Part shown: one piece after another, positions 27,497-38,341 of the stretch
Layout: the number at the start of each line of letters is the position of its first letter
How positions within the stretch are numbered: position 1 is the stretch's first letter
Assembly (NCBI GenBank): GCA_963674965.2
Contig: CAXXFL010000007.1
Coordinates: 384,001 to 448,000 of the forward strand
DNA from: a bacterium
Lineage (GTDB): Bacteria; RBG-13-61-14; DATKZS01
DNA length: 64,000 nt
Direction: 5' to 3'
The notes under the pieces: model-generated
Databases searched by the model: none
Told to the model about the DNA's origin: nothing
Seen by the model: only the letters and a program-made list of their open reading frames with translations
Translations under genes and position numbers: made by a program

Positions 27497-28711
27497 ATGC
27501 GAGTCATTCGAGATTACCTCCTCCGCGAGATACTCGCGCTGTTTTCCCTTTCCCTGGCGATCATCACCATGCTCTTCATGAGCCAGCGCATCATCCAGCT
27601 CACGGAGTGGGCGATCAACAAGGGGATCGGCCCGGCGGACATCGTCAAGTTCATGGGGTATCGTCTTCCCGAGGTCCTGCTTATCGTGGTTCCCATGGTG
27701 ACCCTGTTCTCGATCCTGCTGGCGGTGGGCAGGCTGTCGGGAGACAACGAGATAGTGGCGCTAAAGGCCTCGGGCGTGAGCCTGTTCAAGCTTTATCCGC
27801 CCATCGTGCTCTTCGCCGCCTTCGGGGGTTCCCTCGCCCTTTTCACCACCCAGGTCCTGGCGCCCCGCGCCATCAGGGCCTCGCGCATACTCGAGTACAG
27901 GATCGTGCAGACCAAGACCGACGCCGCCATCAGCGAGCGGGTCTTTATGGACCTCATGAAGGGATCGACCTTTTACATCCGGGAGAAAAGGCCGGATGGA
28001 GAACTCCTGGGCATCCTGGCGGCCATGGAAACGTGGCGGGGCGACTCGACCTGGCAGGACAGGAGGATCGTGTTCGCCCGATCGGGCAGGTTCGCCCACG
28101 ATCCTTATTCCCTGACCAACGAGCTTTGGCTGATGGACGGGATCATGATCAGCGAGGACAGGGCCAACGGGAGAGACGACTTCGCCCGCTTCGAGACGGC
28201 CCGTTTCCGGATCGACCTTTCCCGGGAGAAAGTATCCCTCCTCAAGGAGATCAAGGAATTTGGCTTCTTCGATATGTATAATATGCTGACGAGCGATAAG
28301 CCCCTGCACCGAAACGTTACGGTCGAGGAAAGGGCCAGGCGCGAGATGGGCATACTGATGCAGGAGAGGCTCGCCTGGCCCCTGGGCTGCCTGGCCCTTT
28401 GCTTCTGGGCCATTCCCCTTGGGATTCAGCCGCCCCGGGCGGGCAGGGCCCGCTCGATCGTGGTGTCGGTGCTCCTGGCGGCGGCCTTTTATTATCTTAT
28501 GATCCTTGGCAGGTTCATGGCGCTCAAGGATTACGCCTCCCCCCAGGTGGCCATCTGGATACCGAACCTGGTGATATTTCTCACCGGCCTTTACATGCTG
28601 CGCCAGAAGAACCTGGAGAGGCCCATCTTCCTCGTCTCCAGGATCGAGGACGACCTTTATTACCTGGCCGACAAGATCAAGGAGAGGAGGAAGAGGAAGG
28701 CGAGCGAATGA
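27497..28711 (+). CDS. lptF: LPS export ABC permease LptF
   Basis: MRVIRDYLLRE, GRLSGDNEIVALKASGVS, ERLAWPLGCL...AIPLG, IWIPNL; 3 TM + periplasmic domain + 3 TM. Confidence 0.9.
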   Translation: MRVIRDYLLREILALFSLSLAIITMLFMSQRIIQLTEWAINKGIGPADIVKFMGYRLPEVLLIVVPMVTLFSILLAVGRLSGDNEIVALKASGVSLFKLYPPIVLFAAFGGSLALFTTQVLAPRAIRASRILEYRIVQTKTDAAISERVFMDLMKGSTFYIREKRPDGELLGILAAMETWRGDSTWQDRRIVFARSGRFAHDPYSLTNELWLMDGIMISEDRANGRDDFARFETARFRIDLSREKVSLLKEIKEFGFFDMYNMLTSDKPLHRNVTVEERARREMGILMQERLAWPLGCLALCFWAIPLGIQPPRAGRARSIVVSVLLAAAFYYLMILGRFMALKDYASPQVAIWIPNLVIFLTGLYMLRQKNLERPIFLVSRIEDDLYYLADKIKERRKRKASE

Positions 28712-29805
28712 AAATCCTCGACCGTTATATCCTGGTCAACTTCATGGCCGTGTTCATAGGGTCCCTGGTCTCGGTCAGCTTCCTGTTCGAGGTCATCAGC
28801 ATCCTGGACAGCCTCGAGCGTCTCATGGCCAAGCAGGGGGCCTCCCTCGCGGCCATCGTCAAGTACTATTCCTACCAGCTTCCTCAAACCATTTACATGG
28901 GGGCGCCCATAGCCGCCCTCCTTTCCTCGATGATCGTCCTGGGGGCCATGAGCCAGTCCAACGAGCTGACGGCCATCCGGGCCTCGGGCATATCTCTGGC
29001 CCGGACCGCCATGCCCATTCTGGCGGCGTCAGTCTTGATCGGGACCGCCCTCTTTTGGCTGGGCAACTCGCTGGTGCCGGTCGGCAACCGCTTCTTCCTC
29101 TCGGCCAAGCAGGAGATCAAGGGGGAGGCCGACGAGGAGGAGGAAGAGGGCAACCGGGTCTGGTACGTGAGCGAGGAAAAGGGCAAGCCTCCCGTAATCC
29201 TCAGGATCGAGGACGTGGACCGGGAGACGGGCAAGCTCAAGGGAGTGACCGTGTTCAAAACGGGGCCCGAGTTCGCGCTCGAGACTCAAACGGTGGCCCT
29301 TTTCGGCTCGCCCCTGCCGGAGGGCGGATGGGCGCTCGAGAAGGCCAGGATAAGGGACTTCAGCGGTAACGGGCCGCCAGCCATCAAGACGATGGAGAGG
29401 ACGACGCTGAATATCCCTGACGGTACCGAGGAGTTCCTGCGCGTGCAGAGGGCCCCGGAGGAGATGACCCTGCCCGAGCTCAGCCGGCAAATGGACAGGA
29501 TCAAGAAACACGGGCTGCCCGACGCGGCCTACCGGGTCGAGTGGCATACCCGTTTCGCCATACCCATGGCCACCCTCATCCTGGTGATGGTGGGAGCGCC
29601 CCTGGCGGTAAGGCCGGTGCGGACCAGCGGGACGGCGCTCTCCATTTTGGGGGCGGTGCTGGTGGGGTTTTCCTATTACGTGATCATCGCCGAGTTCATC
29701 TCCCTGGGGAAAGGATCGATCGTCAAGCCCGCGCCGGCGGCCTGGTCGGCCAACGCCATTTACGCCGTGATCGGCCTGGGGCTATACTCGAGGCTGAGAA
29801 AATAG
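28708..29805 (+). CDS. lptG: LPS export ABC permease LptG
   Basis: MKILDRYI, SNELTAIRASGIS, PEEMTLPEL, RFAIP, AAWSAN. ATG 28708 overlaps the lptF stop. Confidence 0.9.
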   Translation: MKILDRYILVNFMAVFIGSLVSVSFLFEVISILDSLERLMAKQGASLAAIVKYYSYQLPQTIYMGAPIAALLSSMIVLGAMSQSNELTAIRASGISLARTAMPILAASVLIGTALFWLGNSLVPVGNRFFLSAKQEIKGEADEEEEEGNRVWYVSEEKGKPPVILRIEDVDRETGKLKGVTVFKTGPEFALETQTVALFGSPLPEGGWALEKARIRDFSGNGPPAIKTMERTTLNIPDGTEEFLRVQRAPEEMTLPELSRQMDRIKKHGLPDAAYRVEWHTRFAIPMATLILVMVGAPLAVRPVRTSGTALSILGAVLVGFSYYVIIAEFISLGKGSIVKPAPAAWSANAIYAVIGLGLYSRLRK

Positions 29806-29844
29806 GCGCCCGGCGGCGGAAATATTATTCGATTGGAGGAAAAG

Positions 29845-30549
29845 ATGGAGTGGATCGATATCAAAATCGAGGATGGCGTGGCCCTGGCCACCATGAACCA
29901 GGCGGACGAGAACCGGCTTAACGGCCCCTTTTGCGCCGAGCTGAGGAAGGCCCTGGCCGCCCTGGAAAAGGACGAGGCCGTAAAAGCGTTGGCGCTGACC
30001 GGGTCCCACGAGAAATATTTCTGCAACGGCCTGGACCTGGGCTGGATGATGGCGCAAAGCAAGGAAACGCTCTACGAGTTCCTCCTGGACGTGGCCGCCC
30101 TTCTCAAGGACACGGCCCTATTCGGAAAACCCCTCGTGGGCGCCATTAACGGACACGCCTTCGGGCTGGGCGCCATCTGGTCCAGCGGCTTCGACTTCAG
30201 GCTTATGAGAGAAGACCGGGGATGGGCCTGCTTCCCGGAGATGGACATCAATATTCCCTTCCTGCCCGGCATGCTGGCCATCTGCGAGCACGGCCTGGGC
30301 GCTCCCACTTGCCGCGAGATGATGTGGACCGCCAAGCGTTACACCGGCCCCGAGGCGGTCGAGGTCGGCTTCGCCAGGAGCGCTCATCCCAAGGACGAGC
30401 TCCTGCCCAAGGCCCTCGAGCTGGCCGCGTTCATGGCCGCGAAAAAGCAGCCGGCCTTCTCGCTCACGAAGAAACGCTGGGCCGCCTGGGTGGCTCGAAC
30501 GATCGATGAACTCGATCCCGAGGCCATCAAAAACACGCCTCTTGGCTGA
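29845..30549 (+). CDS. Enoyl-CoA hydratase/isomerase family protein (delta3,delta2-isomerase-like)
   Basis: ENRLN, YFCNGLDL, AINGHAFGLG, DFRLMREDRG.ACFPEMDINIPF. Confidence 0.88.
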   Translation: MEWIDIKIEDGVALATMNQADENRLNGPFCAELRKALAALEKDEAVKALALTGSHEKYFCNGLDLGWMMAQSKETLYEFLLDVAALLKDTALFGKPLVGAINGHAFGLGAIWSSGFDFRLMREDRGWACFPEMDINIPFLPGMLAICEHGLGAPTCREMMWTAKRYTGPEAVEVGFARSAHPKDELLPKALELAAFMAAKKQPAFSLTKKRWAAWVARTIDELDPEAIKNTPLG

Positions 30550-30639
30550 AGGCCCCTTTTGTCAGGAAGGAGGGGCCGCTCAGGTTTTTCCCGCCCGGCT
30601 AATATTCGGCGCTCCCTTTGCGGGCTTGATATAGTTGGC

Positions 30640-30683
30640 TTGACAATTTCTTGGGCTGCATATAACATTCATAACGATCGTTA
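30640..30683 (+). promoter_or_regulatory. Thiolase promoter with palindromic operator
   Basis: TTGACA (30640)-N17-TAACAT, then the perfect palindrome TAACGATCGTTA at 30672-30683. Confidence 0.6.
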
Positions 30684-30807
30684 CGCGGAGGATGCGGCCT
30701 GAGGCAAATTCATCTTTTTCCGCCGCAGCGATCGAAAGCGGACGCCATTTACTTTGCTCGCGAAGGAAGGCAAAGCAAGATATCAAACGTAATTGAAGGG
30801 GGAACAA

Positions 30808-31986
30808 ATGAAAGACGTATTTATCGTTAGCGCGTGCAGGACGCCGGTGGGAAAAAGGAACGGCTATTTAAGGAACACCCTGGTGCCGGAGCTGTTGGGA
30901 TTTACTCTCAACAAGGTGGTCGAGCGTATAGACCTTGACCCGGCGGTGGTGGAGGACGTTATCACGGGCACGGTTTACCAGGTTGGCGAGCAGGGCTTCA
31001 CCCTCTCGAGGATGGGCGTTTTCGCCTCCAAGTTCCCCAACCACGTGGCCGCCGTCAGCGTTAACCGCCAGTGCGGCAGCTCTCTTACCGCCATTCAAAT
31101 AGGAAGCGCCATGATCGCCTCGGGCATGATGGACATAACCATCGGGGCCGGTTGCGAGCTTATGAGCAAGTATCCCATCGGCTGCGACTGCGACGGCAAG
31201 CTCCCGAACGGCAATCCTCAGCGCAACCCCATCGGCAAGTATTACATGGACCGGGTCCAGAACAAGCTTTACAACCAGGGCATGGCGGCCCAGGCCATCG
31301 GCGAGCAATGGGGCATCACCCGCGAGGACTGCGAGGAGTTCGCCGTTTCCAGCCATACCAAGGCCCACCAGGCCACGGAGAAGGGATACTTCAAAAACGA
31401 AATCATTCCCACCGAGGGCCTCGACGACGAGGGCAACAAGGTCACGGTGGACAAGGACCAGACCATAAGGCCGGACACGAACAAGGAAAAGCTGGCCACC
31501 CTAAAGCCGGCCCTCGGCTCGAAGTGGATTCACGCGGGTATCTCGAGCCCCATCACCGACGGGGCCTCGGCCGTGGTCCTGGCCTCGGAGGAAGCGGTTA
31601 AGGAACATAACCTCAAGCCTTTGGCCAAGATCAAAGCCAACGCGGTTATCGGTTCCGATCCCATCCTCATGCTGACCGGTCCCCTCGACTCCACGCCCAA
31701 GGTGCTCAAGAAAGCGGGGCTGGCCATGGACGACATCGACATCTTCGAGGTCAACGAGGCCTTCGCTCCCGTTCCCCTCGCCTGGGTCAAAGAACTGGGC
31801 GCGGACATCGACAAGCTGAACGTCAACGGCGGCGCCCTGGCGCTGGGCCACCCCGTGGGCAACTCCGGCTCGAGGCTCACGGTGACGGCCATTTACGAAT
31901 TGATGCGCCGGCAGGGAAAGTACGCGCTGATCACGCTTTGCACCGGCGGCGCCCAGGCCCCCGCGACCATCATCGAGAGTGTATAG
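30808..31986 (+). CDS. Thiolase (acetyl-CoA C-acyltransferase)
   Basis: RTPVGK, NRQCGSS, FEVNEAFA, NVNGGALALGHPVG, LCTGG. Confidence 0.95.
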   Translation: MKDVFIVSACRTPVGKRNGYLRNTLVPELLGFTLNKVVERIDLDPAVVEDVITGTVYQVGEQGFTLSRMGVFASKFPNHVAAVSVNRQCGSSLTAIQIGSAMIASGMMDITIGAGCELMSKYPIGCDCDGKLPNGNPQRNPIGKYYMDRVQNKLYNQGMAAQAIGEQWGITREDCEEFAVSSHTKAHQATEKGYFKNEIIPTEGLDDEGNKVTVDKDQTIRPDTNKEKLATLKPALGSKWIHAGISSPITDGASAVVLASEEAVKEHNLKPLAKIKANAVIGSDPILMLTGPLDSTPKVLKKAGLAMDDIDIFEVNEAFAPVPLAWVKELGADIDKLNVNGGALALGHPVGNSGSRLTVTAIYELMRRQGKYALITLCTGGAQAPATIIESV

Positions 31987-32010
31987 CGGCGGCGCTAATA
32001 TTTTCTTATC

Positions 32011-32045
32011 AGGGGCGGGGGAACGACCCTCGCCCCTTTATTATT
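32011..32045 (+). terminator. Rho-independent terminator
   Basis: AGGGGCGGGGG...CCCTCGCCCCT followed by TTATTATTTTT. Confidence 0.7.
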
Positions 32046-32208
32046 TTTGCGGCCGGTTTTTAGTATAAAATCCTGAACCTCCACTTTATTTCCGATCATC
32101 ATAATCAATGAGAGGAGTATTAAGTTCAAGGAAGTAATAAAAGCTCATGCCCTCGAGGCAAAAACGGTAAAAGCGTTTCTTTTCCTGGCTCTTATATACG
32201 TCTTCTTC

Positions 32209-32841
32209 ATGGGCGCTCCGGCGGGCGAGGCGAGGTCGTCCGCCGGCGGCGTTGTAATCCTTCCCATCGAGAGTTATTCCGATCCGGTTTGGGCGCGAAA
32301 AGCGCATATACATCGAGCCAACGTCGCCAGGGTCCACGCGGGCATGATACAAAAACTGGGCCGGGACAACGTGCGGTTTCTCACCACCGAGGAGTCGGCG
32401 GTGGGAGGGGTGGGATTCTGGAAGAACCCTCTTAACCGGCTGGACGACAAGCGATATCTCGGCGTTTTCGCCTACGTCAAATGCCCCGCGGGACGATCGG
32501 ACTATGCCTATCGCGACGACCTGGGAGGACGCGTCCTCAAGATGTTCCACGCTTACGGACAGGACACCATCGAGATAATGTCCGGAGAGTTTAAAAGAAT
32601 GAACGACCCCGACGTGTTAGGGGCCATGATTATCTTCGTCTATTGCCGGCCCGGCCTGAACGACCTCTCGGCGGACGAGGACCTCGAGGCCGTTGTACTG
32701 TTCATGTCGCGGGACACCATCGATAATTTCCTCGGCCTCAGGATAACCACCCAGGAGATGTTCAACCGCAGCCTGGTATGGCCCGTTTTTCAAGGACCGG
32801 AAAAAATCAAGATGCTCAGGCAGTTCGTGCTCCAGCCCTGA
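32209..32841 (+). CDS. Hypothetical protein; true start probably upstream
   Basis: 210-aa ORF with normal codon usage. The frame is open from 32077 and a signal-peptide-like segment precedes the first ATG. Confidence 0.6.
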   Translation: MGAPAGEARSSAGGVVILPIESYSDPVWARKAHIHRANVARVHAGMIQKLGRDNVRFLTTEESAVGGVGFWKNPLNRLDDKRYLGVFAYVKCPAGRSDYAYRDDLGGRVLKMFHAYGQDTIEIMSGEFKRMNDPDVLGAMIIFVYCRPGLNDLSADEDLEAVVLFMSRDTIDNFLGLRITTQEMFNRSLVWPVFQGPEKIKMLRQFVLQP

Positions 32842-32949
32842 TCATTGCTTTCTTGCGGTGGATTTCCCGCATTTTGCAAAACTTTGGATGTACGACTCGT
32901 GGCGGTCTGCAAACAAAACGCGGGCCAAAGCCAGAAGGGCTTTATCATG

Positions 32950-33080
32950 AATAGCCGTGGGCGCCAGCCTACGGGTGTCGGACAAGAAAGAGGGTCCGAC
33001 CCCCGCGGGGCCGAAATATCCATCCATTTCTTTCCGTAAGCCAATGGGCCTACGGCTATTTAAATCATTACCCCGCGGGG
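32950..33080. repeat. REP-like palindromic element between convergent genes
   Basis: AATAGCCGTGGGC (32950) and GCCTACGGCTATT (to 33060) form an inverted pair; two CCCCGCGGGG palindromes at 33001 and 33071. Confidence 0.65.
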
Positions 33081-33227
33081 ACATGGCGCATGAAAACATT
33101 TGCTCTTTGTTATTTTCGAAACCCTCTTTAACGGCTTATCCACCGATTAAACACGCGAAATTAATAAAAGCGGGACACATAAAAGCGACGACCAAAACGT
33201 CAAATGGGACCTCCTCGCGCGCTGGGA

Positions 33228-34154
33228 TCAATTGGCCTCATAGGGCCTTACGGTCACCCTGGTACCGATCTCGGCGAACTCCTGGTTTAGCCACTTGGCG
33301 TCGTCGAAGAAAAGGCGGACGCAGCCGTGGCTGGCGTGGCGGCCGGGAACCGTGTGATAGTGATGGAGCCCGTAGCCCGGATGGAAGCGCATGAAATAGG
33401 GGACGGGCGCGCCGCCGGCGGGCTTGTCCTTGGTGGCCCTCGGGTAGAGCCTCGACTTGGCCCCTCGGCCGTATTTCCTGCTGATCTCGAACTCGCCCAC
33501 CACGGTGAGGTTGTCCTTGATTACGTAGGCGCCCCAGTTGCGGCCCCCGGACACCGGACCCCAGCGCAGCAGGGTCCCGTCCTCCGCGTAGGCGGCAAAG
33601 GCCAATTGGGCAAGGTCTATGATGATAAGCTTCTCCCCCACCGGGGCGCCGTCGGGGCCGCAGGTCCAATCGCCCTTGGGCTTGCATTGACTCTCGCATA
33701 TCCGCTTATAGCTCGCGTCCCCATCCTCACAGTTCTCGCAAACCAGCCTGCAAACCGGCTCTCCCACCGGCTCGCACTCGAAGGGGAGCTTGGAGGGGAA
33801 AGGCGCGAAGTCCATGTAGGTCTTGCCCTCCATGTGGTTGGGAACGGCGATGACCATGCCCTTCTTAAGCCGCACGTTCATGCGGTTGACCTTCATCACT
33901 ATCACCCGCTCGCGCTCGTCCGGCCAAAGGCCCTCCCAGCTCTCGCGACCCGAGCGCCGGGCTGACTCCGCGCCGGCCTCCCTCGCGGCGTCGGGCGAAC
34001 CGATGGTAATGCAATGAAAATCCGGGTCGCCGCAATACCTCTCCCCATAAAGCGGGGGCTTGGGAATCGCGGCCAAAACGGGAAGGGAAAAAGCAGCGAT
34101 CAAAAAACCGGCGGCTAATCCAATTAAGCGTCTCTCCTTCAGCGACTCTCTCAT
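33228..34154 (-). CDS. L,D-transpeptidase (YkuD family) with Cys-rich insertion
   Basis: Signal peptide; IIIDLAQLAFAAY..DG.LLRWGPVSGG, PYFMRF..GYGLH, catalytic HASHGCVRL. Confidence 0.9.
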   Translation of the reverse strand: MRESLKERRLIGLAAGFLIAAFSLPVLAAIPKPPLYGERYCGDPDFHCITIGSPDAAREAGAESARRSGRESWEGLWPDERERVIVMKVNRMNVRLKKGMVIAVPNHMEGKTYMDFAPFPSKLPFECEPVGEPVCRLVCENCEDGDASYKRICESQCKPKGDWTCGPDGAPVGEKLIIIDLAQLAFAAYAEDGTLLRWGPVSGGRNWGAYVIKDNLTVVGEFEISRKYGRGAKSRLYPRATKDKPAGGAPVPYFMRFHPGYGLHHYHTVPGRHASHGCVRLFFDDAKWLNQEFAEIGTRVTVRPYEAN

Positions 34155-34325
34155 AAGCGACTCCTCTCGCGCGTGGAACGTAATAATAAACTACGGCATA
34201 TCGGCTGCTTAAAGAATAATATCAGATTCAAGGTGAGTCAATTGCGCGTAAATGGATTGTCAAAGCCCCAACTAAGGCCGATACGGGCCGGGAGGCCGAA
34301 GAATCGAATCGGCTAAATGACGCGT

Positions 34326-35237
34326 CTATTTGGCAGTCGCCTTGTCCCGCTCCGAGAGCATTTCCTCGAGCGTCTTGTCCTTTCTTGACCACAGGCCGTT
34401 GATCCAGTTCTGGAAGCTCTCGCGGTAAGCGGGGTCGCCGTCGTAGTCGCCGATGAGGTCGTCGGTCACGGGGATGCTGGATATCCTCATTGTCACGCGG
34501 TCCACCCCTCCGCCGAGGAAGTCCCAAAACTCCTTGGGCCCCTCGGGGTAGGCGATAGTCACGTCGAGGATGGCGGTAAGTCTTTCGCCCATGGCGGCCA
34601 GGACCAGGGCCACGCCGCCGGACTTGGGCTTTAAAAGCCGCTGGAAGGGCGAGCCCTGCTTCTCGCGTTTTTCCGGGGAGAAGCGGGTACCCTCGACGAA
34701 GTTCATGATGGATACGGGCGTGTTCCTGAAGCGCTCGCACGATTTCCTGGTGGTCTCCACGTCCTTTCCCTTGAGGTGGGGGTTCTTCTCGAGGAAGGAC
34801 TTGGAGTAGCGCTCCATGACCGGATAATCCAGGGCGTACCACACGAAGTTGAGCACGGGGAACCACATGAGCTGTTTTTTCAGGAAGAAGCGGAAGTAGG
34901 GTATGCGGTGGTTGAGAGCGTACTGGAGGGCGAGGATATCGGCCCAGGACTGGTGGTTCGAGAGAACCAGGTACCAGGAGTCCATGTTCAGGTCGGCGTC
35001 CACCCGTATGTCCCACTCCACCTTGCAGATGAGGTTGATGATCCTTCCGTTGTTGTCGGCCCATAGGGTGCAGATGGCGTTGAGCCACTTGTTGCAGAAC
35101 TCTCGGACCGCCGCTAAGGGAACGAGTATCTTGACGAGGGCGAAGGGCGTAAGGGGGACCATTAGCGCGAAGGTGTTGATCACCATAAATGAAAAGGCCG
35201 TCGCCGCGCGCCGTTTGGCGGGCTTTGTTTTGCTCAT
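34326..35237 (-). CDS. Lysophospholipid acyltransferase, YihG-like
   Basis: SNHQSWADI (HX4D), FFLKKQLMWFP, ALDYP.M.RYS, NFVEGTRF, LLKPKSGG. Confidence 0.9.
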   Translation of the reverse strand: MSKTKPAKRRAATAFSFMVINTFALMVPLTPFALVKILVPLAAVREFCNKWLNAICTLWADNNGRIINLICKVEWDIRVDADLNMDSWYLVLSNHQSWADILALQYALNHRIPYFRFFLKKQLMWFPVLNFVWYALDYPVMERYSKSFLEKNPHLKGKDVETTRKSCERFRNTPVSIMNFVEGTRFSPEKREKQGSPFQRLLKPKSGGVALVLAAMGERLTAILDVTIAYPEGPKEFWDFLGGGVDRVTMRISSIPVTDDLIGDYDGDPAYRESFQNWINGLWSRKDKTLEEMLSERDKATAK

Positions 35238-35358
35238 AATTTCGCTCCTCCGATTCCGTTTGGACTCAGTATAAAATCAAAGGAGGAAAGACGCCAGTCG
35301 CCGGCTTCCATGGCGGGAAAGCGGAAGGAAAGGAAACGCCGGCCGGTCCGGCCCGCTT

Positions 35359-36720
<1,362 letters not shown>

Positions 36721-36728
36721 CTAATCCG

Positions 36729-38327
36729 TTAATCCAGGTGGACCTGCCTCACGGAAATGATATGAGGCAGGGAACAAAGTTCCTCGATGACCGCCTCCTC
36801 GACGGGGGAGTCGACGTTGACCATGCAAAGGGCCTTGCCGTCCCGCCGTCCAAGCTGGAACCGGCCGATGTTGATGCCGCGGGCGCCGAGGGCGTTGCCC
36901 AGGTTTCCGATGACGCCCGGCTTGTCGTGGTTCCTGATCACCAGGATGGGTCCCTCCGGGATGGCGTCCATGTGGACCCTCCCCATCCGGACTATGCGGG
37001 GATACTTCTTGCCGAAGATGGTCCCTAAAATCTCGTCCGTCTCCTCCATGTCCTGGGCCCCCTCGAGCTTGACCCGGATCAGAGTGGTGTAGTCCTTGGT
37101 GTCGTGACTGGTGGTCGCGTGCACCTTGATGCCCTTGTCCTTGGCGATGGCCGGCGCCGAGACGAAGTTGACCGGCTCGTCCGTGAAGGCCCCCAGCATG
37201 CCCTTCATCACCGCGTTGGTCAGGGGCCTCGAGTCCATATCCGCCACCTTGCCGCTGTAGGTGATGGTCACGTCGTGGAGCTTCCTCGAGAGCTGGCCCA
37301 GAAGCGAGCCCATCCTGACGGCAAGGTCTATATAAGGACGGAGCTGCTCCATCTCCTCCCTCGAGACGGAGGGGAAATTCACCGCGTTCGAGATCACGCC
37401 GTTAATAAGATAGTCCGATATCTGGCGGGCTATCATCTCGGCCACCTTCTCCTGGGCCTCCTCGGTGCTGGCGCCCAGGTGGGGAGTCATGATCACGCTT
37501 GGATGCTGGAGGATTTTAAGCGACGGGTCGGGCGGCTCCTGGGGGAAAACGTCGAGGGCCGCGCCTGCCAGATGGCCGCTCTCGAGCGCGTCGTACAAGT
37601 CGTCAAGCACGACCACCTCGCCGCGGGAGCAGTTGATGAGTCTTGCGCCCTCCTTCATTCTGGCCAGGAAGTCCTTGTTGACCATGTCCTTGGTTTCCTT
37701 GACGCGGGGAACGTGGAGGGTGACGAAGTCCGATCGCGAGAGTAGCTCGTCCACCTCGACCATCTCGACGCCGAGGGACTCGGCCGCCTCCTCCTTCACG
37801 AAGGGGTCGTGGGCGATGACCTTCATCCGAAGACCCTGGGCCCGGGAGGCCACCACACGGCCGATGTTGCCCAGGCCGAAAACCCCGAGGGTCTTGCCCG
37901 TGACCTCGACCCCCATGAACTTCTTCTTCTCCCACTTGCCTTCCCGGAGGGATGCCGTGGCCTGGGGAACGTGGCGCGCCAGGGAAAGCATAAGGGCGAT
38001 GGCGTGCTCGCCCGTGGTGGTGGTGTTGCCGCCGGGGGCGTTCATTACCACCACGCCCCGGGCCGTGGCCGCCGCCGCGTCGATGTTGTCCACCCCGATG
38101 CCGGCCCGGCCGATGACCTTGAGGTTTTTGCCCGCGGCCAGGACCTCGTCCGTTATCCTGGTCCCGCTGCGCACGGCTACTCCATCGTATTCCCCGATTA
38201 TCTTGACCAGCTCGGAGGGGTCGTTGGTCTTCTTGTCAAAGTCCACCGTGACCTCGATCTGGCCGGTTTGCTCCATGATCTCCTTGGCCAGAAGGGCCAT
38301 CCCGTCCCTTATCATTACCTTAAACAT
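36729..38327 (-). CDS. serA: D-3-phosphoglycerate dehydrogenase (long form, ASB + ACT)
   Basis: VRSGT, GRAGIGVDNID, GLGNIG, INCSRG, AALDVF..EP, TPHLGASTEEAQ, C-terminal ACT HDKPGVIG. Start set at MFKVM (38327). Confidence 0.95.
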   Translation of the reverse strand: MFKVMIRDGMALLAKEIMEQTGQIEVTVDFDKKTNDPSELVKIIGEYDGVAVRSGTRITDEVLAAGKNLKVIGRAGIGVDNIDAAAATARGVVVMNAPGGNTTTTGEHAIALMLSLARHVPQATASLREGKWEKKKFMGVEVTGKTLGVFGLGNIGRVVASRAQGLRMKVIAHDPFVKEEAAESLGVEMVEVDELLSRSDFVTLHVPRVKETKDMVNKDFLARMKEGARLINCSRGEVVVLDDLYDALESGHLAGAALDVFPQEPPDPSLKILQHPSVIMTPHLGASTEEAQEKVAEMIARQISDYLINGVISNAVNFPSVSREEMEQLRPYIDLAVRMGSLLGQLSRKLHDVTITYSGKVADMDSRPLTNAVMKGMLGAFTDEPVNFVSAPAIAKDKGIKVHATTSHDTKDYTTLIRVKLEGAQDMEETDEILGTIFGKKYPRIVRMGRVHMDAIPEGPILVIRNHDKPGVIGNLGNALGARGINIGRFQLGRRDGKALCMVNVDSPVEEAVIEELCSLPHIISVRQVHLD

Positions 38328-38341
38328 ATAATCCTCTCCGG

